The notes beneath the pieces are model-generated. The model did not search any database, had not been told where the DNA came from, and saw nothing but the letters and a program-made list of their open reading frames with translations. From NCBI RefSeq assembly GCF_009914755.1, contig NC_060925.1: a stretch of 64,000 nucleotides of DNA; one strand, given 5' to 3'. Shown piece by piece: positions 33,575 to 51,561 of the stretch (positions are counted from its first letter, which is position 1; every line of letters starts with the position of its first letter). The stretch comes from the human T2T-CHM13v2.0 reference genome, Homo sapiens. The translations under genes and the position numbers were made by a program.

Positions 33575-34830
33575 ATAATATTTTGTCTTCAAATCCATGA
33601 ACATGGGATGTCTTTCCATTTATTTATGTCTGTAATACCTTTCAGAATGTTTTGTAATTTTCATTATGCAAGTCTTGTGCCTCCTTGGCTTAAGTTTATT
33701 CCTAAGCATTATTATTTTATGTTGTTGTATATGGAATTTTTTTTTAATTTCCTTTTCAGGTTGTTCATTGTTAGTGTATATGAATGAAACTGATTGTTTT
33801 GTTTTTTTCTTGCAACGTTGCTGAATTCATTTATTCAGCTTTTTACAGTTTTGTGTGTATGTGTGGAGTCTTCAGGGCTTTCTGCATATAAGATCATGTT
33901 GAGAGATGAAGCCAGCTGGACTTCTGGGTCGGGTGGGGACTTGGAGAACTTTTCTGTCTAGCTAAAGGATTGTAAGATGCACCAGTCAGCACTCTGTAAA
34001 AACGCACCAATCAGCCCTCTTTGTCTAGCTAAAGGATTGTAAATTTACCAATCAGCCCTCTGTGTCTAGCTAAAGGATTGTAAATGCACCAGTCAGCACT
34101 CTAAAAATGCACCAATCAGTGCTCTGTGTCTAGCTAAAGGATTGTAAATGCACCAGTCAGCACTGTGAAAAAATGGACCAATCAGCACTCTGTAAAATGG
34201 ACCAATCAGTAGGATGTGGGCAGGGCCAAATAAGGGAATAAAAGCTGGCCACCGAAGGCCCCAGTGGCAGCCTTCTCTGGTCCACTTCTATGCTGTGGAA
34301 GCTTTGTTGTTTTGCTCCTCACAATAAATCTTGCTGCTGCTCACTCTTTGGGTCGGCACTACTACCTTTATGAGCTGTAACACTCACCATCAGGGTCTGC
34401 AGCTTCATTCCTGAAGTCAGCCAGACCATGAACCCACCAGGAGGGCCAAACAACTCCAGACGCGCCACCTTTAAGAGCTGTAACACTCACTGCGAAGGTC
34501 CACAGCTTCACTCCTGAAGTCAGCGAGACCACTAACTCACCGGAAGGAAGAAACTCCTAGACACCTCTGAAGGAACAAATTCCGGACACACCATCTTTAA
34601 GAGCTGTAACACTCACTGTGAAGTTCTGCGGCTTCGTTCTTGAAGTCAGCGAGAGCAAGAAACCACTGGAAGGCATAAACTCTGGACACAATGTCATCTA
34701 CAAAGATACTGTTTTACTTCCTTTACAATTTGGATGCTTTTTATTTCTGTTTCCTTTTTTTCCCCCCTACTTGCTCTAGCTAGAACTTCCACTAGTATGT
34801 TGAATAGAAGTGATAAAAATACTACTTTCT
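33575..34830 (-). mobile_element. Old L1M 3' fragment hosting the LTR12
   Basis: Antisense L1-like text (ccatgaacatgggatgtctttccatttattt...tataagatcatgt|catct...agtatgttgaatagaagtg) that rejoins across the LTR. Confidence 0.75.
33900..34690 (+). mobile_element. LTR12-family (ERV9) solo LTR
   Basis: TG...CA ends, 4-bp TSD ATGT (33896-33899 and 34691-34694), tandem TCTAGCTAAAGGATTGTAAA/CACCAATCAGC units, and GAGCTGTAACACTCAC U5 repeats. Confidence 0.95.
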
Positions 34831-36575
34831 GCTATACTGTCTCATTTTTTTTTTTTTAGTATCAGCATCTACACAGCCACAAGCTTAGGAGTCCTTTTCT
34901 TTCCTTCCTTTGTCATTTCCTATATCCCATGTATTGTTATTTTTGAGCTCTGCCTTTTCTAATTTATTCTTATTAACAGCTCTACTGTAGGCCTTTCTCA
35001 TCTCTTCAGATTATTGCACAGATTAGGATTCTTGATTTTCTCAGATCCATCCTTTACTGTTGGCCAAAGGTGATCTCTTCGTCATTGCACTGTGGATCTT
35101 TCTTGATACCTTTGTATTGCATACTAGGCCTCACTGATCTAGTTCACATTTAAATTTTTCAGCCTCACCCTGTGCTGAGGCTGTACTCCCCACCTTCTTT
35201 TCCACTCATTTAATAGTGAACTACTTGGAGTTTCCCAGACATGCCATGCTGAGTGTACCTTTCCTTATTATGTTGGTCCTTCAGGACTGCTTTCTTTCCT
35301 CGCTTGGTTAACTTTCACTTCACCTTAAACTCTTCCTCCAAGAATGAGTCTCTTTCTCCAGGAAACATTTTCTGATTTCTGCTCTCCCATTTGACTGCTT
35401 ATTTATGCCTTCTTAGCATTTATCAAATCATATTGAAAACATGTTCAAGGATTGTCTGCCTCAGTAGCCAATACATTGTTAGAGGTTCTCATTTTCTATC
35501 ACATGATAGCTCAATAAATGTTTCCTAAATGGTTGAACTCAACTGGTTTTCATTATGGATCTGTTAGCTTCTAATATGGGTAGGCAAAGGGACAGAAAGA
35601 AAATAAGGCTGCTGCTGTTATAATTAGTGTTGACTCATATTAGACCTTGATAGGTGTATCTTAAAACCTTAAAAACAGATTAAATTGGGCTATTAAAGTA
35701 TCTATGTCTGTGGTGGGGGCAGGGGTAGTAGTAGTGTTAGAGGAGATGAGATAGTGATTGATGGCTGATGGGAGAAATGTGGTAGGAAGCACAGATCACA
35801 CTAAATTATCTAGATCTGCATTTTAAAGGAAGCTTTAAAAATCTTAAAAACATTTCCTTGTAAGACAACTTAGTTATAGAGAGTCTAGAAATGTTAAGTT
35901 TATTACTAGTATTCAAAAACTTAAGACCGGATAATGGAGATTTGGCAAATTACCTTTAAGTGCTTTCTGTTGTATGTTCCATATTGTGGAAAAGATACAA
36001 TCAAATTAGGAATTGATATTGCTTCTTTAAATAAAGAAGCTATTAGGCTACCAAGAGTAATTTAGATGAGTATTCCAGATGTTCAGTACAGTGACAAGCT
36101 TTTCAGTAAAGAACACTTTGTGTCTTTAGAAGCTTACAGAAATTAGCGTCTGTCTTACAGCTGTAGTTTTAGATTGAACTGCGGAAAGTGGTTTTTATGA
36201 GGTGTTACCGCAGGCAGTGTTATGATGGCAGTTGGATTGCTTACTCACAATTTATTATTTGCCTAGTCTTGAGTAAATTTCTAAAATATAACACCTGTAT
36301 CCTGTAAGCAAGCATTGCTTTAATTAAGGAAGAAATTATTTGCTCATTTACATTTGTGTAATATAACATAAAAGGAAAAGAAAAATGCTAAAGATTGAGA
36401 GAGTTAATTTGATGTGACCTTTATTTTACTGTGTTCAGAAGGGACAGTAACTATGAGAGAAAAACATATCTCATTAAAAGAGAGAGAAGGCATCTTAGTT
36501 TTTCTTTGTTTCATAGTGCTTAGGGAAGTGTATATCAAACAAATGAAAAAAATGCTTTGTAGGGAAATGGGATAA

Positions 36576-37056
<481 letters not shown>

Positions 37057-37165
37057 TAAAAACAAATTAAGGAAACAGCATGTATGCAGGATAAAGACTT
37101 AAGTGTTGTCTGTGGGTAGTTGGTTATATTCATTGGTGGGTTATAGTCACTCTTACTTTGGTCAG

Positions 37166-37648
37166 TGTGGTAGGCTGAAAAATGTCCCCCAAAAGATATC
37201 TACATTCTGGTCTCTGGAACCTGTAAATGTTAATTTACTTTGAAAAAGGTTCTTTGCATGTGTAATTAAGTTAATGGTATTGAGATGAGATTGTCCTGGA
37301 TTATCCAGGTAGGCCTTAAATGTTACCACATGTAACTTTATAAGAGAAGGGGCAGAGAGAGATTACAGCCACAGAAGAGCATGAAGCAGTGTGACCACAG
37401 AGGCAGATTGGAGTGATATGGTCACAAGCCAAGGCATACTGGCATTTGCCCCAACCTGAAAGAGGTAAGGAACAGATTCTCCCCTAGGGCCTCTGGAAGC
37501 CAAGTGCAATCCTGCCAGTACTTTTATTTTGGCCCAGTGATATTGAATTAGGACTTCTGGCCTTCAGAACTGTGAGAGAATAACTTACTGTTGTTATAAG
37601 CCTTCAAATTTGTGATAATGTTACAGTAGCCATAGAAAACTAATATAG
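37166..37648 (+). mobile_element. MaLR LTR (MLT1D-like)
   Basis: tgtggtaggctgaaaaatgtcccc...cagtagccatagaaaactaatata. Confidence 0.85.
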
Positions 37649-38058
37649 CAATCATTGTTCAGAATGTAAATGGACATTTCTAAGTAACTCAGTTTACCTA
37701 AACTCTTTCTCCTTTTGGGGAGTATAATTTATAGCTCACTCATATTAAACTATAGCTTTATTTCAGATACTCTGTATAGACCAGAAAATTTTTACGATTA
37801 AAGCAGCTGTTAAACATTTTTAGGTGCAGAACTCTTGACAGTTTTGCTCAAAATGTTACATTTAAAGTTCCTTTTTTGAGTAAAATGTTTCATCCAATTT
37901 GGAAGCTCCCTTATTGCTGCCTTCTCCCTCATAACTACTCTGGTAAGAGTACAATTTAGGCTCCTAAAATTTTACAACATAGTGTAAGCTCTTTTGCCTG
38001 TTAATGTGCTATTTATTATGAATTCCTCTTTCACCTATACTATTGAAAATATACATTT

Positions 38059-38362
38059 GGCTGGGTGAGTGGCTCATGCCTGTAATCCCAGCACTTTGCA
38101 AGGCCAAGGTTGGCGGATTGCTTAAGCCCAGGAGTTCGAAACCAGTCTGGGGAACATGGTGAAACCCCGTCTCTACAAAAAATACACACAAAAACCAACT
38201 TGGCATGGTGGTTCATGCCTGTAGTCTCAGCTACTTGGGAGGCTAAGACGGGAGGATTGCCTGAGCCCAGGAGGTCAAGGCTGTGGTGAGCCATGATTGC
38301 ATCACTGCACTTCAGCCAGGGTGATAAGAGTGAGACCCTGTCTAAAAAAAAAAAAAAAAAAA
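38059..38362 (+). mobile_element. Alu (AluJ-like)
   Basis: Sense dimer with poly-A. Confidence 0.9.
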
Positions 38363-39448
38363 GAAATGCAGAACATACACATTTGAGGCTATTTATCTAA
38401 GGGCTGAGCTATGAGTTCACAGTGATCCAGCACATGCTAGGGTCTCACTTGAGACTGGTTTATTGAGAGTCTGACCAAAGAGTAAAGGCCATGTAGATTC
38501 TGTATACTTTAGCCCTATACTCTTAATCATCAGACAGCAGTGTGCCTAGCCTATAATATCTTAATCCTCTCAAAGATTGGGTATGTGTTTGGAGCTAGGG
38601 AGGAGGGTAATCCAAGAGACATTTTATAAATAATTTGCTAATTTCTAATGAAATTTAAGCCCGAAATATCTCTGTTCAGTATGCTTCTTTTTCCCTTAAG
38701 CTTCCAGGAACCAAATATTTAGCCACATACAGATTACTAACAGTTGACAACTAATAAAGAAATCTGCCCTTTCTGGCAAATTTTGTTCGTTATAGAATAA
38801 GTCTTAAATGAGTAGTCTTGAATCAGCCATTGATTTTCTGCTTATGAGGCACATTAACCAAAGATTTTAGTACTTTCAGTATTTTCTTCTCTAAAATAAC
38901 TTATTCTTTTGACAGAGTATTAATGTAAAATTCTCAGTAAGTTGGGGGTAGCTAAATAATTTTCTCCCTGGTCTTTTACATGTTAGGGGACTAGGAAATA
39001 GAAATGCTTCTTCAAATTGAAATAATAGAGAAGATGATATCACCTAGTTTATGATTGTCATGTATGGAATGTGCCAGGTACTTCATATGAATATCTCATT
39101 CAGTTTTGCTAGTGAACCTGAAAATTTTTATCACTTTGCAGATTAAAAAAAAGCCTTAAGAGGTTGAGAAATTTGCCTATGAATCCACAGCTAGTGACTG
39201 CTAGAGCAAGGATGCAAATCCAAGCTGATCCAGTTCCAAAGATCATTTACTGTGCTTTCTGACTGTCTCATTTGTTGTTTTATAACATAAAGGGATCCCT
39301 AAAATAGTTCTCTGCCTTTACTTTGGGGAATTTATGGTTTAATGGATCCGTTTTTCCTTGAATGGTCTTGGGAACAAATGTATGGCCCAGTCAGAGGATT
39401 ATTTGAGAGCCTTGGGATCTCAAAGAGTTGAATGGGAACCTCAATTAG

Positions 39449-39823
<375 letters not shown>

Positions 39824-39959
39824 AGACTGCAGTATTTTTATTCCCTCAACTAACTTAAGGATTGTATCTTAAGAGTGGGATAGAAATGGTGTTTTAGGGA
39901 ACCTCTGCATAAGTATACTTTGTTTGCCAAGTAATACAAAGTGAGTATTTGTGTGGAAA

Positions 39960-40449
39960 TGATGGAATAAAGGAGGGAGGGTAGGCAGTGAGGCAAATGG
40001 TTACATTCTTATAAGGCTCTGGTTAGCCTCAGTAAATCTATACTTTACATATGAAAAGAGGGAGTAGAGGAAAAAGTCAGTTACGCATTCATCTCAGGGT
40101 AGGCCAAGGGATGATTTCTGGTTTTTATCCTTGTCTTCTACCTGTGAAGATAAGCTGGTAATTGACATTGTTAAGGTGAGCTTCAACAGAACTCAGTTTC
40201 CGGGCTAGTTTATAGGGAAGATATGTATCCTGAAAGATTAAGACGAGGGAAGCCATCTTGGGAGATACGTGACCCTCTATTGTTGTGGGAATGTGGCTTA
40301 TGGATGAGGCTACATATGTCTTGGTTGTGAAATTACAGCTATCTGTTTGGGAACAAAAGGAAAGTAGTATTGCCTTACTTAGTTCCTAAGCTTAACTTCC
40401 CCTTTGGCATCGTGCGTTTAGAGTCCCGAGATTCTATTTTCTTTTCACA
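39960..40449 (+). mobile_element. MER4-family ERV1 LTR (partial)
   Basis: gaggcaaatggttacattctt...cttaacttccctttggcat...gagattctattttcttttcaca. Confidence 0.65.
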
Positions 40450-41559
40450 TCATTACTGTCTTCCAGGATGTACTTGTTAAAGAGTTACTCTGCCATGCTA
40501 GATTCAGACCCACCTCCCCGCCAATCTTGGACAAGTTGAACATGGTCACCCAGTTCTTTGATAGATTTCACCTGCTCATTCAGGTAATGCATCTCAATGA
40601 AGTCACACAGTGTGTGTGGTTTTGTCAATGGCCAGTTCATGCATTTTCAGTAGTGACTGATTCATGCTTTTTTCCAAGTATAATACGTGCTCCATTGTCT
40701 TCAACCTGCCCTCCCATTCATTATGGTCTGGTTTCTTGATATGCCGAAGGAATATTAGGCCTCTTTGTTGGTTGTGCAGCTCTGTCACTTTCTCATTATA
40801 TTTTCTCTCCTCATGACATTGGTGAAGAAATGTCATGGCAAAGCCATATCATTGTGGACAAAGTAGTAAGACATGAATAGGTAGATGTGGAGACAAAGCT
40901 AGAGATTAATCTGGCAGTTGATGGTCATGGTGGTAGGGGTTGCTGTCATCATGGGAGGTGGCTAAGAAGAGGTAGCACTGAAATGGTGGCAGGAGCCTTG
41001 GGGCTGCTAGAGGGTGCTGTGAGGAGGTAGCAGGGGGCTGACTCTGAGGTGCTGGCTAGGGTGGGGGTTCCAAGCACAGTTGAAGCAATAAACCAAGGTG
41101 ACTGTGAAGAATATCTGGACTCTCATGTTGAGGGGTTTTTGGTTATTTTTTTAGGCATGAAAATGTGAAATGTTGAGGTTGCCTAATTTGAACTCCTCTT
41201 TTTATTTATTCATCACCATTGATGAGTTCTTAAGCAAATATTTATTGAATGACTACTATATGCCAGGTACAGTGCAAGGTATTGGGGATATTGTGGTAAA
41301 TAAGAGATAACTACTCTTAAAAATCTTAGAGGCTATAAAAGTGCTATGGTTAAGAAAAGAGAGAACGTGAGATAAAGAATTACAAGGTTAGAATTTCTTT
41401 AGAATGCATGAGGGAGCTAGCTATGGGAAAATCTTGGGGGGAAGAAATCATTCCTTTCCAAGCAGAAGGACTAGCTAGTGGAAGGACTCTAAAATGAGAA
41501 TGATCTTTGCAAGACTGATGAAGAGAAAGATGGCAGATGTGGCTAAAACATACTGAACA

Positions 41560-41898
<339 letters not shown>

Positions 41899-42629
41899 TT
41901 AATTGCTTAAATAGGATGAAATTACACATTTTGCTCTACGACTTGCTTTTTTTTTTTTTTTTACTTAATGTGTGTTGTATACATATATTGAGTTCTGTGT
42001 CAGTGTTTATAGCTACGTAGTATTCTATACTATGGACATTTCCTAATTAGCCATTTTTTTATTGACATAGATTTTTATGGGTTTTTTGCTACTACAAATA
42101 ATGCTGTGATGACCATTCTTATGCATATGCTTATTCTATCCCTGTGTGAGAATTTGTGCTGGGTAAATTTCTTTTTATTTTTAATTTTTTAAAATTTTTT
42201 TGCTGGGTAAATTTATTAAGAGAGTTATTACAATATCAAAACTTAGGAGCCATTTGACAGACACAGGCTGCTTTGAGAGGTGAGGATTCAGCTAAGACAG
42301 TAGAGTGACTGTTATTCTTTTATTCAGCCAAAGAGCAGAGATACTTAGCAATTTTTAGAGAGTATTCCAGTCTGTTCTTTTAGTGTATTCTCTTTCATTG
42401 GCATCTATTTTTCAGATACTGTCTTTTGATCTACAGCAGTTAATTTTTTGAGTTTTTTAAAAGGACACATAAATGTGATTGTTTTATAGTTTAAGGTACC
42501 TGTGTATGTTAAAATGCATATTATACTGTGGTTCTAAGGGCTGATGTGTCTACTGTTACTTACAAGGAATGCAGGTAAGACAATTACATCAGCCAGTACA
42601 TTTTTATTGTATGTCAATCAAAGATAATA

Positions 42630-43510
42630 AAAGGGAAATGCATCTACTTCTGTAATCTGTTTCTTCTCACAACATTTCTGACACTAAATATGTGGTTTTT
42701 TGCTACACTAACAATTCTCCAACTCTTTAGTCACCAACTGGGTGTCCAACAGTTGATTCAGTTCAGTGGTTACGCTACTCAGAGTGAGTGCCAGACCCCA
42801 CACATTAAGGGATCAGTCCCACAAGAGACTGCCTCCACTTCAGATGCCATTAAGCCCATGCCTCATGTACTTCTGACCAATTGGCTATAAGTTGGGGATT
42901 TCCGCAATCCCCTTGTCAGGTTTGATAATTTGCTAGAATGGCTCACAGAACTCAGAAAAGCATTTTACTTACATTTATCAGTTTGTTATAAAGGACATTA
43001 TAAAAGATACAGCATATTAAGAGGTAGAGAGAGTGAGGTCCATTGGGGTTCCAACCATAGGAGCTCCTGTCCTGTGGAGTTAGAGTGTATCACCCTTCTG
43101 GCACCCTGACCTTCCACGAGTTCCATCATTTAAAAATTTAATGGAGATTCCATTACATGGACATGACTGGTTAAATCATTGGCCATTGGGAATTAGCTGG
43201 ATCTCCAAACTCTTTTCCCTCTTTAGTGGTAGGGGTAGGATGGGACTGTAGGGGTAGGATGGGACTGAATGTTCTGACCCTCTAATCTTGTGGTTGGTTC
43301 TCCTGAAAACCAGTCCCTGTCCTGAATCTATCTAGGGGCCCACCTAGAGTAACCATATTAGCATAAACTTAGGTATGGTTGAAAGGGGCTTACTATGAAT
43401 AAGAAAAGTGGCTCCTCTCACCCTTATGACTCAGGGATTCCAAAGGTTTTAGATGATCTGTGCCAGGAACCAAGGACTAAGACCAAATACAAAGAAAAAA
43501 AAAGACCAGA
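42630..43510 (-). mobile_element. MER21-like LTR
   Basis: caccaactgggtgtcca...cccacaagagactgcc...tgtgccaggaacc..gaccaaata. Confidence 0.75.
43229..43266. repeat. Perfect 19-bp tandem duplication
   Basis: gtaggggtaggatgggact occurs twice. Confidence 0.92.
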
Positions 43511-43512
43511 TA

Positions 43513-44172
<660 letters not shown>

Positions 44173-44367
44173 ATTGTGTATTTCTTACAGCATGTCCATA
44201 GAGATTCTGTAATGGCCCCATATAGCTTGATTCAACCATTTTCCATTTCAAGAAATACATTCCTTATGCGAAATACTGTAATTATGCCTTAACTGCCAAA
44301 TTGTTCTGTTCCCCAGAACTTTGCCAATGGTTCGACAATTCCTGTTTCTGCACACACTTTTAAACAC

Positions 44368-44741
44368 TAGTGTTCTTGCATTGCTGTGTAACTCCCTGAG
44401 ACCGGATAATTTATAGAGAAAAGAGGTTTAGTTGGCTCAAGGTTCTGCAAGGCTGTACAGGAAGCATGGCTGGGGGAGGCCTCAGGAAACTTACATTCAT
44501 GGTGGAAGGTGAAGGGTGAGCAGGCAGGTCCTACATGTCTGGAGCAGGAGGAAGAGAGAGCAGTGGGAGATACTAGACACTTCTAAACAATCAGCTCTTG
44601 TGAGAACTCATTAACACGAGAACAGCAAGGGGGAAATCCACTCCCATGATCCAGTCACCTCCCACCAGGCCCCTCCTCCAACACTGGGGATTATAATTCC
44701 ACATGAGATTTGGGCGAAGCCACAAATCTTAAACCATATCA
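44368..44741 (-). mobile_element. MaLR LTR (THE1D/MSTA-like)
   Basis: gaggcctcaggaaacttac...acctcccaccaggcccc...aaaccatatca. Confidence 0.85.
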
Positions 44742-44759
44742 ACTAAATATTAGTCATCT

Positions 44760-46420
<1,661 letters not shown>

Positions 46421-46850
46421 TACAGAGTTGAAGATAACGTTCTCTGACTTAATTTTTTAAATCTCATATCCGTACATATGTGTGGTTTTTTAATTGTTAG
46501 GAATTAACTTTGTTTTTTTTTTTTTGGCTAGAAATTTAGCTATATTATTGGCTGTACCTGACAACTAAATTGTACTTTCATGAGCAAATCTGTTTTGTTT
46601 TGTTTTTTTTTTTTGGGCTGTTGTTGTTTGATTTCAGCTTTTATAGTGATTATTTTCCCCTTTTACTTTGTTTAGGTTCATTTTCTAATTTCTAATGCCT
46701 GATTCATTGTTTTTTTTCAGTCATTATTGTTTTATTATTTTAAAATTGCAGGTTATAAATATTTCTAAGGGACATTTCTCTCACTACATATACCATACAT
46801 TGTGATAAGGTAGTATTTTCGTTTTATTCATTTATAAAGGACAAGTAAGG

Positions 46851-47131
<281 letters not shown>

Positions 47132-47490
47132 ATAAATCAGTCAATCATGTAGTTTCAAGTTTGATTTCCTCTTCAACCCATTCTAACATGTCTTTTGCCC
47201 CCAAATTAGTCTTACTTGATTCTTATGAAGATTACCATCTTGGCTTCTCTTTAGCTCTGTAACCTCTTCTTGTGAATGTTCCCCTTTATTTACTAGCCAC
47301 ACTGACCTGCTTTCTTTCCTTCTCTAATATGTCTATTTTGAAAGTTATTCCTTGGTTTCCCTATCTTACATGGCTCCTCTTCTCCCCCTTGATTGAAGGT
47401 CCCTAGTTTAACTCATAAAGTATCAGCATTAGTAAGCAGTAATTCTTTCTGAGTGATGTACTTAGTGATCTTTCATATGAATATGAAGGT

Positions 47491-47875
47491 GGCCTGGCGC
47501 AGTGGCTCACTCCTCCACTCATTCCAGCTGGGATTTTACAAATCCCAGCACTTTGGGAGGCCGAGGTGGGCGGATCACCTGAGGTTGGGAGTTCGAGACC
47601 AGCCTGGCCAACATGGTGAAACCCCATCTCTACTAAAAATAGAAAAATTCGCCAGGCGTAGTGGCTCACGCCTGTAATCCCAGCACTTTGGGAGGCCAAG
47701 GCAGGCGGATCACCTGAGGTCAGGAGTTCGAGACCAGCCTAGCCAACATGGTGAAACCTCGTCTCTACTAAAATACAAAAATTTGCCAGGCATGGTGGTG
47801 TGCACCTGTAATCCCAGCTACTTGGGAGGCTGAGGCAGGAGAATCGCTTGAACCCGGGAGGCAGAGGTTGCAGTC
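47491..47875 (+). mobile_element. Rearranged Alu: extra left arm plus a 3'-truncated Alu
   Basis: Two successive left arms; ends at gttgcagt with no tail. Confidence 0.85.
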
Positions 47876-48162
47876 CCTAAAAGATCATTCTGAATATCTT
47901 ATTGATATTTTCCCTTTGATTATTGGAGCTGCCAGCTTTCACGGTCTACTATGACTAGATCTTTTCTTTTTTTTTTTTTTTCGGATTTATTTTGTTTCTG
48001 CCTATGCAGCTAAAGTTATCTCATTCAGACTAATGCTTACTTTTCATTTATACATTCTCTCCACAAATTTGAGCACCTACTTTGTATAGAAGCATTTCTG
48101 GTGTTTCGGATATATCTTTTTTTCAGAAGTATAATTAATGAGCTGTAACTGGAAATTGGGCC

Positions 48163-48872
<710 letters not shown>

Positions 48873-50282
48873 GGCCCCCAGTAGACCTAGATCTTGTTCA
48901 GTTGTGTTGACAAGGATCTTTAGGCTGTTGGGATCTAGGGAGCACATTCTTGTCACTGGAAAAAATCCTTAAGATCATTTTGTGTGGCACCTCACTTCGT
49001 ATCTTCTTTGCTGGCTTCCACTCTACTCTTCAGCTTTTCAGACTGTATCTTGGCCATCCATTCTTGTTCTTTTCCTCTTTGTCTACTCTGTGTATATGTT
49101 AGTATCTATACATAGGTGACTCTCAGATATTGTTCATTGAAATCACTTTTCATTGAGATCTGAAAAACAGAAGCTAAATGTATTTCACATTCTTGGCTTG
49201 GGCAAGGGGGAACCACAGGCAGAAATGTAGCTTCTCACTAAACAGAAGAGAAAAGATTAAATCGATTTTGGGGCAGGGTGAATTTAGATTAAATTTAAAT
49301 GAAGATGTATATTGATCTAAAGCAAAGAGACACTAATTCTCAAGAGTATATCTGTTCAGTGACATGTTCATAAGAATTGAGATAATGATTTTGGCAGTCT
49401 GCAAGACTTTGCCCCTATTTTTGGTCTCAGGATCAACTGCTGTACTATCTGGTAAGGTAGCATCCATGTGGTAGTATTTAAGACTGTAGATACCAGAGAA
49501 CATATTATTGTAATGCAGACTTAACAGAAAGATAAGGAAGACTAGAAAATTCTGCAAAGTCATGAAGATTGTAGTTTTTCCAAATGGTACCAGGAAATTC
49601 TGGAAATGCAACTAACTTGTCAATCACTCCTAAGTCTTATTTGCCACAGGAATACAGATATCCAAATCAGATATAATTTGGTTATGTGCAAGATAACTAA
49701 TATCTCTAGAAATATAATACTTCAGCAGAATGTTTTATTTGATAGTTCCTATTAATTTTCCAGGGTAGCGTTCAGTAGGCAGAAGGAGTGTTCTGCTTAT
49801 AATTAGTCCTAGGGTCACAGTTACAGGTTGGGACATGGGTTAGCATTTGGAATTCTTAGAAATCCCTCCAATGGATTTTTAGAAATTCCTCCTGAGTAGT
49901 TTTGGTTCTCTGAAAGATCTATCTAGGATATATGTTAGAAATAATGGCACATGTGTTAGTTTGGTACAAAAGTAATTGCGGTTTTGGACTGTGAATTTTA
50001 AATAATCAAAACTAGGCTCAAACACATCTTTATTAATCAAAATAGGAACCATTACAGTCAACACATTTTTGCCAATGAGAAATAAGTTTGTTTATTCCTG
50101 TAGTGTAAAAATCCATGCTTTGGGATTCGATGAACTCTTGGAAAGTATTTTCTGCATCCTGCTAGTTGTGGAAGTGTCTTCCCTGCAAAAAGTTGTCAAG
50201 ATGCTTGAAGAAGTGGTAGTTGGTTGGCGAGAGGTCCGATGACTATGGTGGGTGAGGCAAAACTGTAGCCTAATTCCATCAA

Positions 50283-50595
<313 letters not shown>

Positions 50596-51228
50596 TCTGT
50601 CAACTTTTGAAGCGTTGGTTGTGTGACGTGCATTTGAGCATTGTTGTGGATAAGAATTGGGCCCTTTTTGTTGATCAGTGCCAGCCGTGGGCATTGCAGT
50701 TTTCGGTGCATCTCGATTTGCTGAGCATATTTCTCAGATGTAATGGTTTTGCTGGGATTCAGAAAACTGTAGTGGATCAGAAAGCTGTAGCGGCAGCAGA
50801 CCACCAAACAGTGACCATGACTTTTTTTTGGTGCATGTTTGCCGTTGGGAAGTGCTTTGGAGCTTTGGAAGTGCTTCAGTCCAACCACTGAGCGGGTCGT
50901 CACTAGTTACCAAATAAAATCCACTTTCGTGGCAAGTTGCAATCCAATGGTTCATTGTTGTTGCATAGAATAAGAGAAGACAACACTTAAAAATGGCGAT
51001 ATTTTTGATTTTCACTCAGCTCATGAGACACCCACTTATCGAGCTTTTTCACCTTTCCAGTTTGCTTAAAATGCTACAACCATAGAATGGTAGACATTGA
51101 GTTATTTGGTAACTTCTAGTGTAGTTATAAGAGGATCAGCTTCTATGATTGTCCTCAGTTGGTCGTTGTCAACTTCCGCTGGCTGGTCACTATGCTCCGC
51201 GTCTTCAAGGTTCTTGTCTCCTCTGCAG

Positions 51229-51561
<333 letters not shown>

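Noticed and set aside
33950-34210. Repeat-spacer-like array resembling CRISPR
   Set aside because: These are the internal U3 tandem repeats of LTR12; eukaryotic context, no unique spacers, no cas genes.
40860-41110. G/purine-rich unique-looking stretch (also 4570-5200 and 49250-49700) considered as pseudogene fragments
   Set aside because: No recognisable protein, poly-A or TSD; probably ancient repeats. A BLAST/Dfam search would be needed.
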